The notes beneath the pieces were generated by a model. The model was not told the origin of the DNA. It saw nothing but the letters and a program-made list of their open reading frames with translations, and did not search any database. Positions 1 to 8,925 of a stretch of 64,000 nt of DNA are shown here, piece by piece. The DNA comes from a virus. The stretch lies in the IMG/VR virus record IMGVR_UViG_3300029711_000003, positions 1 to 64,000 of that record; one strand, given 5' to 3'. The position numbers and the translations under genes were made by a program. The number at the start of each line of letters is the position of its first letter. Within the stretch, counting starts at the first letter, position 1.

Positions 1-24
1 GGAGAGGTTGAAAAATCTGACATC

Positions 25-504
25 ATGAACGCTTTGTCTTATCAGGGTGAAATCAAGGTATCGAAAACTGGTAAGGAAATTAAACAGCAAGTTGACGATG
101 TTCTTTTGCCTGACCTGAATGCTAAGTTGGCTGTTAAAGAGGAAGAAGCAACGAAGAAGTTAGCCGATTGCGGTGACGCTCCTACACGTGATGTTAACCC
201 TCGGTGGACAGGCGATGTAAAAATGGATGTTGGTTATAAGGTTTACAGTTGGGATGAAACCTATTACAATGAAGAAAAGGCAAATGATAGCGTTGCTGGT
301 TCTTTATCGGGAGAGGAAAATAAGAAAGAGTTCAATTGTCCTGAATCCAAAGAGGAAGCAGACTGCCGCAGATGCTACAATGATATTGTAAGAGCTATAT
401 GCAATATCAAAGTTGATATCAAGGCTTGCGAGATTTTGAAGGAGCTGAAGGACGGTACGACTTATGACCTCACTCCACGTCAGGTTTTAGCTTTAAGGCT
501 TTAA
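25..504 (+). CDS. hypothetical protein
   Basis: ORF track, 159 aa. Same strand and packing as neighbours. Followed by a hairpin terminator. No motif recognised. Confidence 0.45.
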   Translation: MNALSYQGEIKVSKTGKEIKQQVDDVLLPDLNAKLAVKEEEATKKLADCGDAPTRDVNPRWTGDVKMDVGYKVYSWDETYYNEEKANDSVAGSLSGEENKKEFNCPESKEEADCRRCYNDIVRAICNIKVDIKACEILKELKDGTTYDLTPRQVLALRL

Positions 505-546
505 TTGGGTTTAGTCATAATTTAAGGTAAAAAAGATGTTTGAACG

Positions 547-580
547 GGAGAGCTTGTGAAAGTTCTCCTTTTCATTTTTC
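547..580 (+). terminator. rho-independent terminator
   Basis: Stem GGAGAGC/GTTCTCC (one G-T pair), 8-nt loop, then a TTTTCATTTTT tract. Near-copy of the terminator at 4417. Confidence 0.6.
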
Positions 581-609
581 CATAGTTTATTAGATAAATA
601 AACACTCAA

Positions 610-939
610 ATGAGAATAATAAATACTGACCCCAAAGTTTGGAAATACTTCAAACATGGGGATATTGTAAGATGCGAGTACATATGGGACAAAAAGTTGT
701 TTGAAGTACACGGTTTTCACGGCAATTGGTATTGTCCTTTGATGACTGTGTATATGGTTGGAAAACCTAAGAATAATGCTAATATGTGCAACTTTGATGT
801 AAGGGAAACAAAGTTAATTACATCACCGCATAGACCATTTAGAAAACTGCCTAAGAAGAATTTGCTGAAGCTAATGTCTAAGGGTAATGTGGAAGCAAAA
901 AGAGAGTTCATAATGAGAGTAAATTCAAAAAGTTTATAA
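610..939 (+). CDS. hypothetical protein
   Basis: ORF track, 109 aa. Abuts the next gene. No motif recognised. Confidence 0.4.
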   Translation: MRIINTDPKVWKYFKHGDIVRCEYIWDKKLFEVHGFHGNWYCPLMTVYMVGKPKNNANMCNFDVRETKLITSPHRPFRKLPKKNLLKLMSKGNVEAKREFIMRVNSKSL

Positions 940-940
940 T

Positions 941-2053
941 ATGTTTGAACATGCAGCATGGTACGACAAACTGCCCGATGAAAGTTTGTCGTTATTTGAG
1001 CCTCATTTGAGGTTGTTCTTTGAAACAATGTATGAGCGTCAGCTTATATGGAAACGGAGATTTATTGACAAAAAGGAAAGACCTTGGACAAGTAATAAGA
1101 TTTTCCAAGAGTCAAAGTTCACCAATGTTTATCGTGAGCTGGATAGGAACAGCCAATGGCAAATTAAGAACATTCTTCTTGATGATGAATTGTCGTTGAA
1201 AAATCTTGTTTGGAAGATGATGGTTTTTCGTTTCTTCAATAATCCTGAAACATTTACATTTGAGCCGAAAGGAAAGAGTATTCAACCCAGTCTTTTTGGA
1301 GCTCAAACAAAATCGGGATTGAAGCAGGCTCAATCAACTTCGGAGTTAATCAGTGCAAAGAAATGGCGCAACGGCATTCCTGATTATGATGAATATGATG
1401 AAGAAGAGTTTAGCCGTTTTATTGCTGGTGTTCGTAGTTCGGGACAAAATCCTTATACAACTGCTTATCTTATCAATTCTCAAGCAACACCTGGTATGCC
1501 GAGAGATTATTGTTACACAAGAGTGGTTATACCTACACTGCATAAGAACATGAATAAACTCATTGCTACGGTGATGTCCGCTAAGAAGCCAGAAGACATT
1601 ATCAGTTATCTTAAAACATTGCCTGCAGTGGCAGACTTTATTGCTCATGAGTTCTATCAGGACTTCACTTACATTCCGAGATATACGGATAGAAAATTTA
1701 TGAAGTTTGACCAAAATGACTTCACCAACGTGGGGCCAGGTGCCAGTATCGGCATACGTCTTATTTACCCAAACTTAAAAACAGTCAGAGAACAAAAACA
1801 AGCTATATATTGGTTGAGAGATTTAGCCGATGACTGGCTCAGTCGGATAAGTCTTGAAAGGGGTGAAGATATGCCGTATCTGTATTGGGATAAAGTAGGA
1901 GGACATTATTTGGTAGATGATGAATGCAACATAACGCTTCATCAAATAGAAATGTGGCTCTGCGAATTTCAGAAGTACTGGAAGATGATAATCGGTGAAG
2001 GCAAACAACGTTCTAAGTTTAGTCCAAGAAGTAAAACAATATTGAAAAGATGA
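941..2053 (+). CDS. putative DNA base hypermodification enzyme (alpha-glutamyl/putrescinyl thymine pyrophosphorylase-like)
   Basis: The N-terminal segment YERQLIWKRRF..KERPWTSNKIFQESKFTNVYRELDRNSQW matches my recollection of the conserved PWT..D.I....[KR]FTNVYRExDR signature of aGPT-Pplase family proteins. The stop overlaps the start of the downstream methyltransferase (ATGA). The family call is from memory and needs an HMM check. Confidence 0.5.
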   Translation: MFEHAAWYDKLPDESLSLFEPHLRLFFETMYERQLIWKRRFIDKKERPWTSNKIFQESKFTNVYRELDRNSQWQIKNILLDDELSLKNLVWKMMVFRFFNNPETFTFEPKGKSIQPSLFGAQTKSGLKQAQSTSELISAKKWRNGIPDYDEYDEEEFSRFIAGVRSSGQNPYTTAYLINSQATPGMPRDYCYTRVVIPTLHKNMNKLIATVMSAKKPEDIISYLKTLPAVADFIAHEFYQDFTYIPRYTDRKFMKFDQNDFTNVGPGASIGIRLIYPNLKTVREQKQAIYWLRDLADDWLSRISLERGEDMPYLYWDKVGGHYLVDDECNITLHQIEMWLCEFQKYWKMIIGEGKQRSKFSPRSKTILKR

Positions 2054-3078
2054 ACAAAGAATTAAAAGATTTTTTTGAGAAGAAAGGATTTGAGGTTGTA
2101 GAAAAGAAAACTACAACCCAAATTCTATTACAAAACCTTCTTGCTTTCAGTGTAAGAGAGAAGAAGGGTGGGTTGTTTGATATTTCAATCAATCTTGTAA
2201 AAGAAACTGAAGAAAAAGAGAAGTTGAGAAGCAGGTCTCAAGGATTTGAAGTCAATTTCAAAGGCACTCCCACATTGTTGGGTGTTTCTTTCGATGACTT
2301 TGAAAAGTTCTGCAAACAAAGCAAGGTCATTGCTCAGGTGAAACGTATTTCGGAGTTCCGAGAAGTACAGAGTGAATTTACTCTTGCAGTAGCAGAGAAA
2401 GACGGAAAGACTTTGAAGTGGCGTTCAAACCTTCCTACGGAGAAGCATATTGTTGATGCCGTGTTCCGTGGTAGCGAGTACACTCACCGTTCAGTTGGAT
2501 TGGGAGGTCTGAATCTAACCAAGAAAGACGTTGTATTGGATTTAGGCGGTAATATCGGAGCGTTCACGTGCGATATTTTTGATAAGGTCAAAAAGGTCAT
2601 TGTATATGAGCCTGAAGATGTGAACTATGAATTTCTATCTACTAATATAGAAGACAACGGAGCAAAGAACGTAATTGCCCACAAACAGGCAGTAGTTGGT
2701 AATGACGATAAAGTCCGTGACTTCTATCTTGGCAAGGCACCGTATTACTACTCATTTTTGGTTAAACATAATCGCAAGAGAGTTCCAGTTGAGTGTGTAA
2801 ATATCAACGATGTTATGAAGAAGTACAAGCCTACCAAAATGAAAGTTGATATTGAGGGTTCAGAATGGGAAGTGCTTATCAATTGTACCGACTTCGGAAG
2901 CGTTGACCAAATTATCTTTGAGTACAACTTTGATATGAACATGGACTTGAAAGAGGATTTCAAGCGTTTCAAGGCTTTGAAAAAACATCTCAAGAAACAT
3001 GGTTTTGACGTTCAGGAAATGGAGCGTGATATGAAGCAAAATTGGAATTTAGTATTTATGGTTCAAAGAACATTGTAG
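2050..3078 (+). CDS. FkbM-family SAM-dependent methyltransferase with ~150-aa N-terminal extension
   Basis: VLDLGGNIGAFTCD (SAM-binding G-loop), VIVYEPEDVNYEFL and KMKVDIEGSEWEVL match the FkbM-type pattern DxGAnxG...EPxP...L...KxDxEGxExxVL. Confidence 0.75.
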   Translation: MNKELKDFFEKKGFEVVEKKTTTQILLQNLLAFSVREKKGGLFDISINLVKETEEKEKLRSRSQGFEVNFKGTPTLLGVSFDDFEKFCKQSKVIAQVKRISEFREVQSEFTLAVAEKDGKTLKWRSNLPTEKHIVDAVFRGSEYTHRSVGLGGLNLTKKDVVLDLGGNIGAFTCDIFDKVKKVIVYEPEDVNYEFLSTNIEDNGAKNVIAHKQAVVGNDDKVRDFYLGKAPYYYSFLVKHNRKRVPVECVNINDVMKKYKPTKMKVDIEGSEWEVLINCTDFGSVDQIIFEYNFDMNMDLKEDFKRFKALKKHLKKHGFDVQEMERDMKQNWNLVFMVQRTL

Positions 3079-3082
3079 CCTT

Positions 3083-3415
3083 ATGCCTATTTCTAAGAAA
3101 ATAAAAGACCTGAAAGAGCCGTTGGATGTAGATTTACAGCTGATAGCTACGGAGCTTGATACTTCGGTTAAGAGCATGAAATATCTTTGTGCAGAGCAAA
3201 TGACGGATGCTAACACTTTGGACGCTTTTAACAGGTTGGTAGAGGATATAACTCAAATAAACGGAGTAGAAGTGACTTCATTCGATGATAATACGATTTT
3301 GTATGAATACTTGGATGAAGCCATTGTTATACATTCAGTTTTGGGAGTCATATATATATTGTTTGATAGCATGGTCACTCAGAAGCTGGAAAACAAATTG
3401 GACAGTTATAGATAA
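3083..3415 (+). CDS. hypothetical protein
   Basis: ORF track, 110 aa. Confidence 0.45.
   Translation: MPISKKIKDLKEPLDVDLQLIATELDTSVKSMKYLCAEQMTDANTLDAFNRLVEDITQINGVEVTSFDDNTILYEYLDEAIVIHSVLGVIYILFDSMVTQKLENKLDSYR
3403..3411 (+). promoter_or_regulatory. conserved CAGTTATAG element (candidate phage promoter core)
   Basis: One of seven copies of CAGTTAT[AT][AG]. Lies 28 nt upstream of the ATG at 3439. Confidence 0.35.
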
Positions 3416-3438
3416 ACCGTTAATAAAACTTTGAATTT

Positions 3439-4080
3439 ATGAAAGATATAGTCATTAAGAAGACATCTGATGAAAGTCAGAGGATAGTTTTACAAACTGA
3501 CTCTGAAACATTGGATTATCAGAGCCGTTTCACTGTGATGACGGTTACTGGTAATATTGACGGTTTGGTTAATCCTTTCCGTGTAGGAAGTGTTACCAGC
3601 TTGTATGAAATTTCTCAATTCTTGGCTGATAATTCTTCTGCTTCAATTGATGTTAACATTCTTTCTCAGGATGTAGAAGTAGAGGAAATGGAAGCGGCAG
3701 TACCGAGAATTTTGGAAGCTGAACTTCACGCTATTGTTGATGAAAGCTCATACAAGAATTACACTGGCGATGGATATGCTAAGGAATATCCGTATGAAGA
3801 GTCAAAACAGTATTTGCCTTGGTTACGTTTCAGTGTCAAGAAGTCTGTTAAAGCAACTCCTTTTGATATTGAGATAAGTCATAATGGTGAGGCTTGTACG
3901 TTTGGAGGTAACACTTCTGATTTTGGAACGGTATCGGGAACGAAGATGACGCTAAAAGATTATGATAGCCTTATGTTTGCTTGTAAGGAAGATTTGGGCG
4001 TCACAAATTCTAAGGGCACTTGGACTATGAAGTTCACTATGAACAATGTCTCCATTACACGTGAAGTAGTAATATCTTAA
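3439..4080 (+). CDS. hypothetical protein (N-terminal domain paralogous to 4091..4396)
   Basis: ORF track, 213 aa. Shares the RFTVM....G.......GSV.S..EI pattern with the next ORF. Confidence 0.5.
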   Translation: MKDIVIKKTSDESQRIVLQTDSETLDYQSRFTVMTVTGNIDGLVNPFRVGSVTSLYEISQFLADNSSASIDVNILSQDVEVEEMEAAVPRILEAELHAIVDESSYKNYTGDGYAKEYPYEESKQYLPWLRFSVKKSVKATPFDIEISHNGEACTFGGNTSDFGTVSGTKMTLKDYDSLMFACKEDLGVTNSKGTWTMKFTMNNVSITREVVIS

Positions 4081-4090
4081 AACTACCAAT

Positions 4091-4396
4091 ATGATTGATT
4101 TTTTATTTGTTAGCAAAACAGACGCATCCAAGAAAGCTACGCTGAGAGTAGATATGGTTGACGGTAATATTGAAAGGTTTACCGTTATGTGGTGCGATGG
4201 TGTACGTGGTACTGAATTTGAGAAAAACTTGCCTTGGAAATGCGGCTCAGTTCTTTCTAAGACGGAAATAACTACTTGGGCTGAGAAAAACAAAGCATCA
4301 TACCAAGTTTATGAGTACGCTGGTGAGGAAGTTACGTTGCTTGTTGAAGATGAGGAAGAGGAAGAGGAAGAAACGGATGATGATGAAGGTGGCTAA
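4091..4396 (+). CDS. hypothetical protein with poly-acidic C-terminus
   Basis: ORF track, 101 aa. Paralogous to the N-terminus of the 3439 gene. Ends in EDEEEEEEETDDDEGG and is followed by a terminator. Confidence 0.5.
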   Translation: MIDFLFVSKTDASKKATLRVDMVDGNIERFTVMWCDGVRGTEFEKNLPWKCGSVLSKTEITTWAEKNKASYQVYEYAGEEVTLLVEDEEEEEEETDDDEGG

Positions 4397-4416
4397 GTTT
4401 TCACATTGACCATTGG

Positions 4417-4455
4417 AAAGGAGAGCATTGAAAAGTGTTCTCCTTTTCTTTTGTT
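4417..4455 (+). terminator. rho-independent terminator
   Basis: AAAGGAGAGCA / TGTTCTCCTTT stem (one G-T pair), 8-nt loop, T-rich tail. Confidence 0.7.
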
Positions 4456-4466
4456 TACACATTTAT

Positions 4467-4475
4467 CAGTTATTA
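4467..4475 (+). promoter_or_regulatory. conserved CAGTTATTA element (candidate phage promoter core)
   Basis: Lies directly after the terminator and 42 nt upstream of the portal ATG. The identical 9-mer occurs at 15896 and 47671. Confidence 0.4.
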
Positions 4476-4508
4476 GATATTTCAAAGTAAAAATTTGATA
4501 AAAATCGT

Positions 4509-6185
4509 ATGAGTTCGTATGCTAAACAATTAGATGCCATTTCACTTGCGGAAGCGAAACTGAAGGCAAAGAAGTTTAGGACACTTGAGAAAGCATTACG
4601 TTCAGAGTCACCCGATGACATGGTAAGAGCCTCTCAAGTGCTCCAACAAATACAGCCCAAAGTTGACCAAAATACAAAGTCGTTCTTCATTGACCCATTG
4701 GAATTCAATGCCAATTTGGGATACAAGGATAAGCCATTCTCATTGACATATGTAACATTGAAGAGGATGTCTAAAACTCCTATTATAAATTCAATTATCA
4801 AAACAAGGAAAAACCAAGTAGCAGATTTTGCAGAGCCGCAAGAAAACAAATACTCCACTGGATTTGTTATCCGAAAGAAACCGAAAGGTGGAGTGGAGCA
4901 GAAGATGGACAATAAGGATAAGAAAATTGCTTTTGCTATCACTGATTTCATATTGAAAGGCGGTAACACGAGCCAGTGGGGTTATGATGACTTTGATACT
5001 TTTATAAGAAAGATTGTTGAAGACTCATTGGTTTATGACCAAATGACTTTTGAATGTGTACGCAATCGCAGAGGACAGCTTGAGAATTTTATTGCTACGG
5101 ATGCTGCTACTTTCCGTATGGCTGATTCATTTTTTGATAAGGACTATGATAATGTGTTCTTCCAAAGGCATGGCGCTAATGTTTGGAAAGATAGAAGCGA
5201 TTTTGGACCAAAGGTTCATGGATATTATCCTGCTTATGTTCAGGTTTATCAAAACATGAAAGTAAATGAGTTTTATCCATGGGAACTTTGTTTTGGCATT
5301 CGCAATCCGTCCACTTCAATATGGGCTAATGGTTACGGATGTTCGGAGCTTGAAGAGCTTATCAATGTTGTAACATCAATGCTTTGGAGTGACGAGTACA
5401 ATAGACGTTTCTTCAGTCAGGGTTCAGCTCCAAAAGGTTTTTTTCGAGTAAAGGGAACGAACAATGAAGCAGCATTGCAACAATTTAAGCAGCAATGGCA
5501 ATCAATGATTACTGGAGTTATGCAGTCTTGGAAAACTCCTGTGATTGAAGCCGATGTTGATTGGATTGACCTTCAGAAGAACAACCGAGATATGGAATAC
5601 AGTTCTTGGATAGAATATCTGATAAAGATAGCTTGCGCTGTTTATTCTATTGACCCGTCAGAGATAGGTTGGGACATAAGTCGTTCTAATGGTAACGGAG
5701 GTTTGTTTGAAGGAAGCCAGGAGCAACGGCTCAAGCACTCCAAAGATAAGGGTTTATATCCTTTGTTGAAATTCTTACAGAGAAAGTTAAACAAATACAT
5801 TGTTGAGCAAATCAATCCTGATTTTGAATTGGTATTCGTAGGATTGAATGGTTTGACTATCGAAGAAGAATTGAAGATGGACATTGATAAGGTCAACAGC
5901 TTTATGACTGTCAATGAGGCACGTGAGAAGTATGAAATGAAACCGTTGGAAGGCGGTGACGCTCCTAACAATTCAGCTTTCTTACAGAACAAAAATGCTC
6001 AAGCTATGGCTCAACAGCAGGCTGCTATGGGCAGTGCTCCTAATGGAGAAGAAGGAAATGCTGAAGAGCAAAATCCTTTTGACTTGTACGCTGAGGAAGT
6101 TGATGAAGAGGACACTAATAAGGGTGGACTCAGAGAAGAATTTGTAAAAGCATTTGATAACTTTCTAAAACAAGAAGAAGTATGA
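4509..6185 (+). CDS. portal protein
   Basis: 558 aa. First gene of a new transcription unit. Acidic C-terminus. Sits upstream of the MuF-like, protease/scaffold and capsid genes. The call rests on size and synteny rather than a sharp motif. Confidence 0.7.
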   Translation: MSSYAKQLDAISLAEAKLKAKKFRTLEKALRSESPDDMVRASQVLQQIQPKVDQNTKSFFIDPLEFNANLGYKDKPFSLTYVTLKRMSKTPIINSIIKTRKNQVADFAEPQENKYSTGFVIRKKPKGGVEQKMDNKDKKIAFAITDFILKGGNTSQWGYDDFDTFIRKIVEDSLVYDQMTFECVRNRRGQLENFIATDAATFRMADSFFDKDYDNVFFQRHGANVWKDRSDFGPKVHGYYPAYVQVYQNMKVNEFYPWELCFGIRNPSTSIWANGYGCSELEELINVVTSMLWSDEYNRRFFSQGSAPKGFFRVKGTNNEAALQQFKQQWQSMITGVMQSWKTPVIEADVDWIDLQKNNRDMEYSSWIEYLIKIACAVYSIDPSEIGWDISRSNGNGGLFEGSQEQRLKHSKDKGLYPLLKFLQRKLNKYIVEQINPDFELVFVGLNGLTIEEELKMDIDKVNSFMTVNEAREKYEMKPLEGGDAPNNSAFLQNKNAQAMAQQQAAMGSAPNGEEGNAEEQNPFDLYAEEVDEEDTNKGGLREEFVKAFDNFLKQEEV

Positions 6186-6436
6186 ATTCAAAGAAAACTG
6201 ACGCACCAGTAGTGCGTACTTTTAGCGAGTATTTGCCTGAGCCTTACATTGATGAGGTTTCAGATAATGTGAAATACTACGGATGGGCACCCATGGGTAC
6301 TTCGGAAGATGAAGATGGGTGGAGAATTATGAGAGAAACAAAAGACGGTACGGTGACAAAACGTGAATATGCTCAAGGCACTATGGATTTTGTTTCTGCT
6401 TGGAGTAAAAGAACGTCTTATGTATATTCAAGATAA
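6182..6436 (+). CDS. hypothetical protein
   Basis: 84 aa. ATGA overlap with portal. Contains KYYGWAPMGTSEDEDGWRI, a possible weak copy of the KWVW..DWR motif. Confidence 0.5.
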   Translation: MNSKKTDAPVVRTFSEYLPEPYIDEVSDNVKYYGWAPMGTSEDEDGWRIMRETKDGTVTKREYAQGTMDFVSAWSKRTSYVYSR

Positions 6437-6439
6437 TTT

Positions 6440-8323
6440 ATGGCAACAAAGAATTTAGGACAGGTGTCGGGTGTTCATATAGGTAGCACCCCACCGTCAA
6501 ATACGATATTGATTTGGTACGACAGCACACCGAGTCAGTTGAGGCATAAGGTATATGACCCAACGCTGAAACAGTGGGTTGTTCTTGACCAAAACATTAT
6601 TTCTGCAATCACATATTCCGAGCTTACCAATATGGCTAAAAATTCGGGATTGTCGGTTGGAGAGTATTTCCAAATTACAGACCGTAGTAATGCCCTTGCA
6701 TTAGCAATTACTTCTACGAAAGTACAGTATTGCGACGCTTTGGGTGACATTCTGATTGATGACCTTGGAACGAACATACAATATCATGTAACATCTTCCA
6801 ACTTACAGATTGACGATGTTGTCGGGGTATTCGATGAAACCAACCGAAAGCTGGTATTCCAGTTCAACGAGCAAACGCCCGATTTCACCGCTGACGACTA
6901 TGTTCTTGGTAAGGTTCAACGTAACAACATATGGAGCCTTGCCAAGTACAAACTTTCGTCTTTCTTGTCGAAAGTAACGGGCAATAGCATAACGTGGAAC
7001 GGTGGATTTTTCTTCAGCTTTTCGGACGCTCTGAAGAATGTTCTTGATAAGGCTGGTGGGGTAGTTAGCAAAACAACTTATGATAGGGATAAGGAACAAC
7101 TGACCACTTCTATCAACAACGTAGGAAAGGAAAATCAGAATATCATACAGAACGCTCATGATGAGCTGACTGAAGCTACCAAGCCTGATTCATTCTATGG
7201 CACCAAGCTACCATCTATTCCTACTAGTGGTGAAGCTACGGATATAGCAAAAGGAGATACGTTGTTGAGTATTGTATCAAAAATACAAAGATATATCAAT
7301 AAGTTCAAGTATGCTACTGGTATCCGTATTTCTCAAGATTTCACTGATAGGGTGAGTCCGCAATATGTTAATAACAACGACACCGTTGATTCAGCCATAA
7401 GAAAAATTCAATATTGGTTGAAAAATATGGGTAAGGGTGGAAAGCTATCTGAAGATTGGGAGCCGAAAGACTACACCACTACTGTTGAAGATGTAGCGGC
7501 AGGAGATACGTTTGATGATGCATTTGCTAAGGCAGTTGCTAAGTTGAGTCAGATTGGAGATATTACCAACGGTAGAATTCAATCGAAAGCTACTGTTAAT
7601 GGTAGCAAATATACAAGGTGTACCGATTTCAACTTGGCTAATGGTTCTTTGACATTTAATCGTGACGTTTCAGGAAGTGCTAATCAACAGACTGTTCAAC
7701 TGAATAGAAGTAGTGGTTTGTATATCAACAATGCTTCAGGGAAATCAGTTAGAATTTCTGGCGAAGGAGTAAGTGTCAATGCTAACACTAATCAAGGTTT
7801 TCAATTGCCAAACTATGAAGATAGTTGGGGATTGGGAATTTATTATGGAGCTGCTGCCGCTTTGTTTACAGGCGCAGGAGCCTCACTTGGCGGTTACACT
7901 TCGGTTAAGTGTGCTGCTGGTATTTCTGCTATTTGTAGCCGTGGAACATTAGGAAGTGGCGTTGATATTTTTGATGCGTATTTCTCACGTCTTAAAGCAG
8001 GCAGTATTTCTTTTGGTAGGGCAGGCATGCAAGACTCAGATTTGTATATCACAAATGACTGTTCTTTTGTAACATGTACTAATACAGAAGATAGAAATGT
8101 ATATTTGCCCACAACTCCGTTTGACGGTTTAATGGTCATCATCAATCAGGTTAATACTGCTAATGTAGCGGTTCAAGGCAATGGACATAAGATTATCGAT
8201 AACGAAGATGTTGACTATATCAATATTGGAGGAGCAAGAAGAATTGCCGTATTTCTTTATCATGCTAATCTTGCTTCACCTACTGGTTCGGGAGCTTGGT
8301 TGTTTACACGTTGGTCAAGATAA
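6440..8323 (+). CDS. putative fibre / virion-surface protein
   Basis: 627 aa, Gly/Ser/Asn/Thr-rich and beta-like in composition. Followed by a chaperone-like gene. No catalytic motif seen. Confidence 0.4.
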   Translation: MATKNLGQVSGVHIGSTPPSNTILIWYDSTPSQLRHKVYDPTLKQWVVLDQNIISAITYSELTNMAKNSGLSVGEYFQITDRSNALALAITSTKVQYCDALGDILIDDLGTNIQYHVTSSNLQIDDVVGVFDETNRKLVFQFNEQTPDFTADDYVLGKVQRNNIWSLAKYKLSSFLSKVTGNSITWNGGFFFSFSDALKNVLDKAGGVVSKTTYDRDKEQLTTSINNVGKENQNIIQNAHDELTEATKPDSFYGTKLPSIPTSGEATDIAKGDTLLSIVSKIQRYINKFKYATGIRISQDFTDRVSPQYVNNNDTVDSAIRKIQYWLKNMGKGGKLSEDWEPKDYTTTVEDVAAGDTFDDAFAKAVAKLSQIGDITNGRIQSKATVNGSKYTRCTDFNLANGSLTFNRDVSGSANQQTVQLNRSSGLYINNASGKSVRISGEGVSVNANTNQGFQLPNYEDSWGLGIYYGAAAALFTGAGASLGGYTSVKCAAGISAICSRGTLGSGVDIFDAYFSRLKAGSISFGRAGMQDSDLYITNDCSFVTCTNTEDRNVYLPTTPFDGLMVIINQVNTANVAVQGNGHKIIDNEDVDYINIGGARRIAVFLYHANLASPTGSGAWLFTRWSR

Positions 8324-8334
8324 AATTGTAACAT

Positions 8335-8925
8335 ATGAAAGCAAAAATAGTAAGCAAGTATTCAGTATCAGTCATTGACTACGATACGGAAGTCAATAAG
8401 ATTGAGACCATCTTCAATAGCGATATTGTAAAGTATGGAGTAAATGATGACATAATCAACGCCATTCTTGCTAAGAAAGACGATGAAAGGACTATCGAAG
8501 AACTTCAGGCGATTGTAAAACGCAAGGAATTGAACGATTGGAAAGACAGTCAGCTCAAGGAGCTGGATGGATATTTGGAATTTGTTCCTTCGGAGTTCAA
8601 TGGTTATTTGGGCGAATATGAAGCAGCAAAACCTTATTACGTTGAAGAGGATGAAAAGGTGGTTCAAAAATGGGAAATCGTTGAAAACGACAAAACAAAA
8701 ATTTTAGCCAAAATTGACGTATTAAAAGGTGAGCTTGAACAAACGGACTATAAGGTGATAAAATGCTATGAGGCTGCTCTGTCCAGTAGTAGTGAAATGC
8801 CTTATGACGTTAATACTTTGATTTCTGAACGTCAGGCAAAACGTGATGAAATAAATAGTTTGCAAGAGTTGATAACCGAAGAAGTGGTTGAAAAAACGCT
8901 CAAAATAAATCGTTGTTATGTGTAA
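8335..8925 (+). CDS. hypothetical protein (possible fibre assembly chaperone)
   Basis: 196 aa. The C-terminal pattern L..ELEQTDYKVIKCYE......ERQAKRDEIN resembles the W/D..K..E...R..R.EI pattern of phage fibre-assembly proteins. Weak. Confidence 0.3.
   Translation: MKAKIVSKYSVSVIDYDTEVNKIETIFNSDIVKYGVNDDIINAILAKKDDERTIEELQAIVKRKELNDWKDSQLKELDGYLEFVPSEFNGYLGEYEAAKPYYVEEDEKVVQKWEIVENDKTKILAKIDVLKGELEQTDYKVIKCYEAALSSSSEMPYDVNTLISERQAKRDEINSLQELITEEVVEKTLKINRCYV

Noticed and set aside
5050-6147. Nested + strand alternative-frame ORFs inside portal (5050..5259, 5956..6147). Similar ones lie elsewhere (1353..1553, 16459..16653, 18900..19094, 26556..26747, 32484..32693, 33910..34095, 53472..53747, 59039..59254, 63327..63518).
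   Set aside because: They are short and fully embedded in longer, well-supported genes, with implausible hydrophobic or low-complexity translations.
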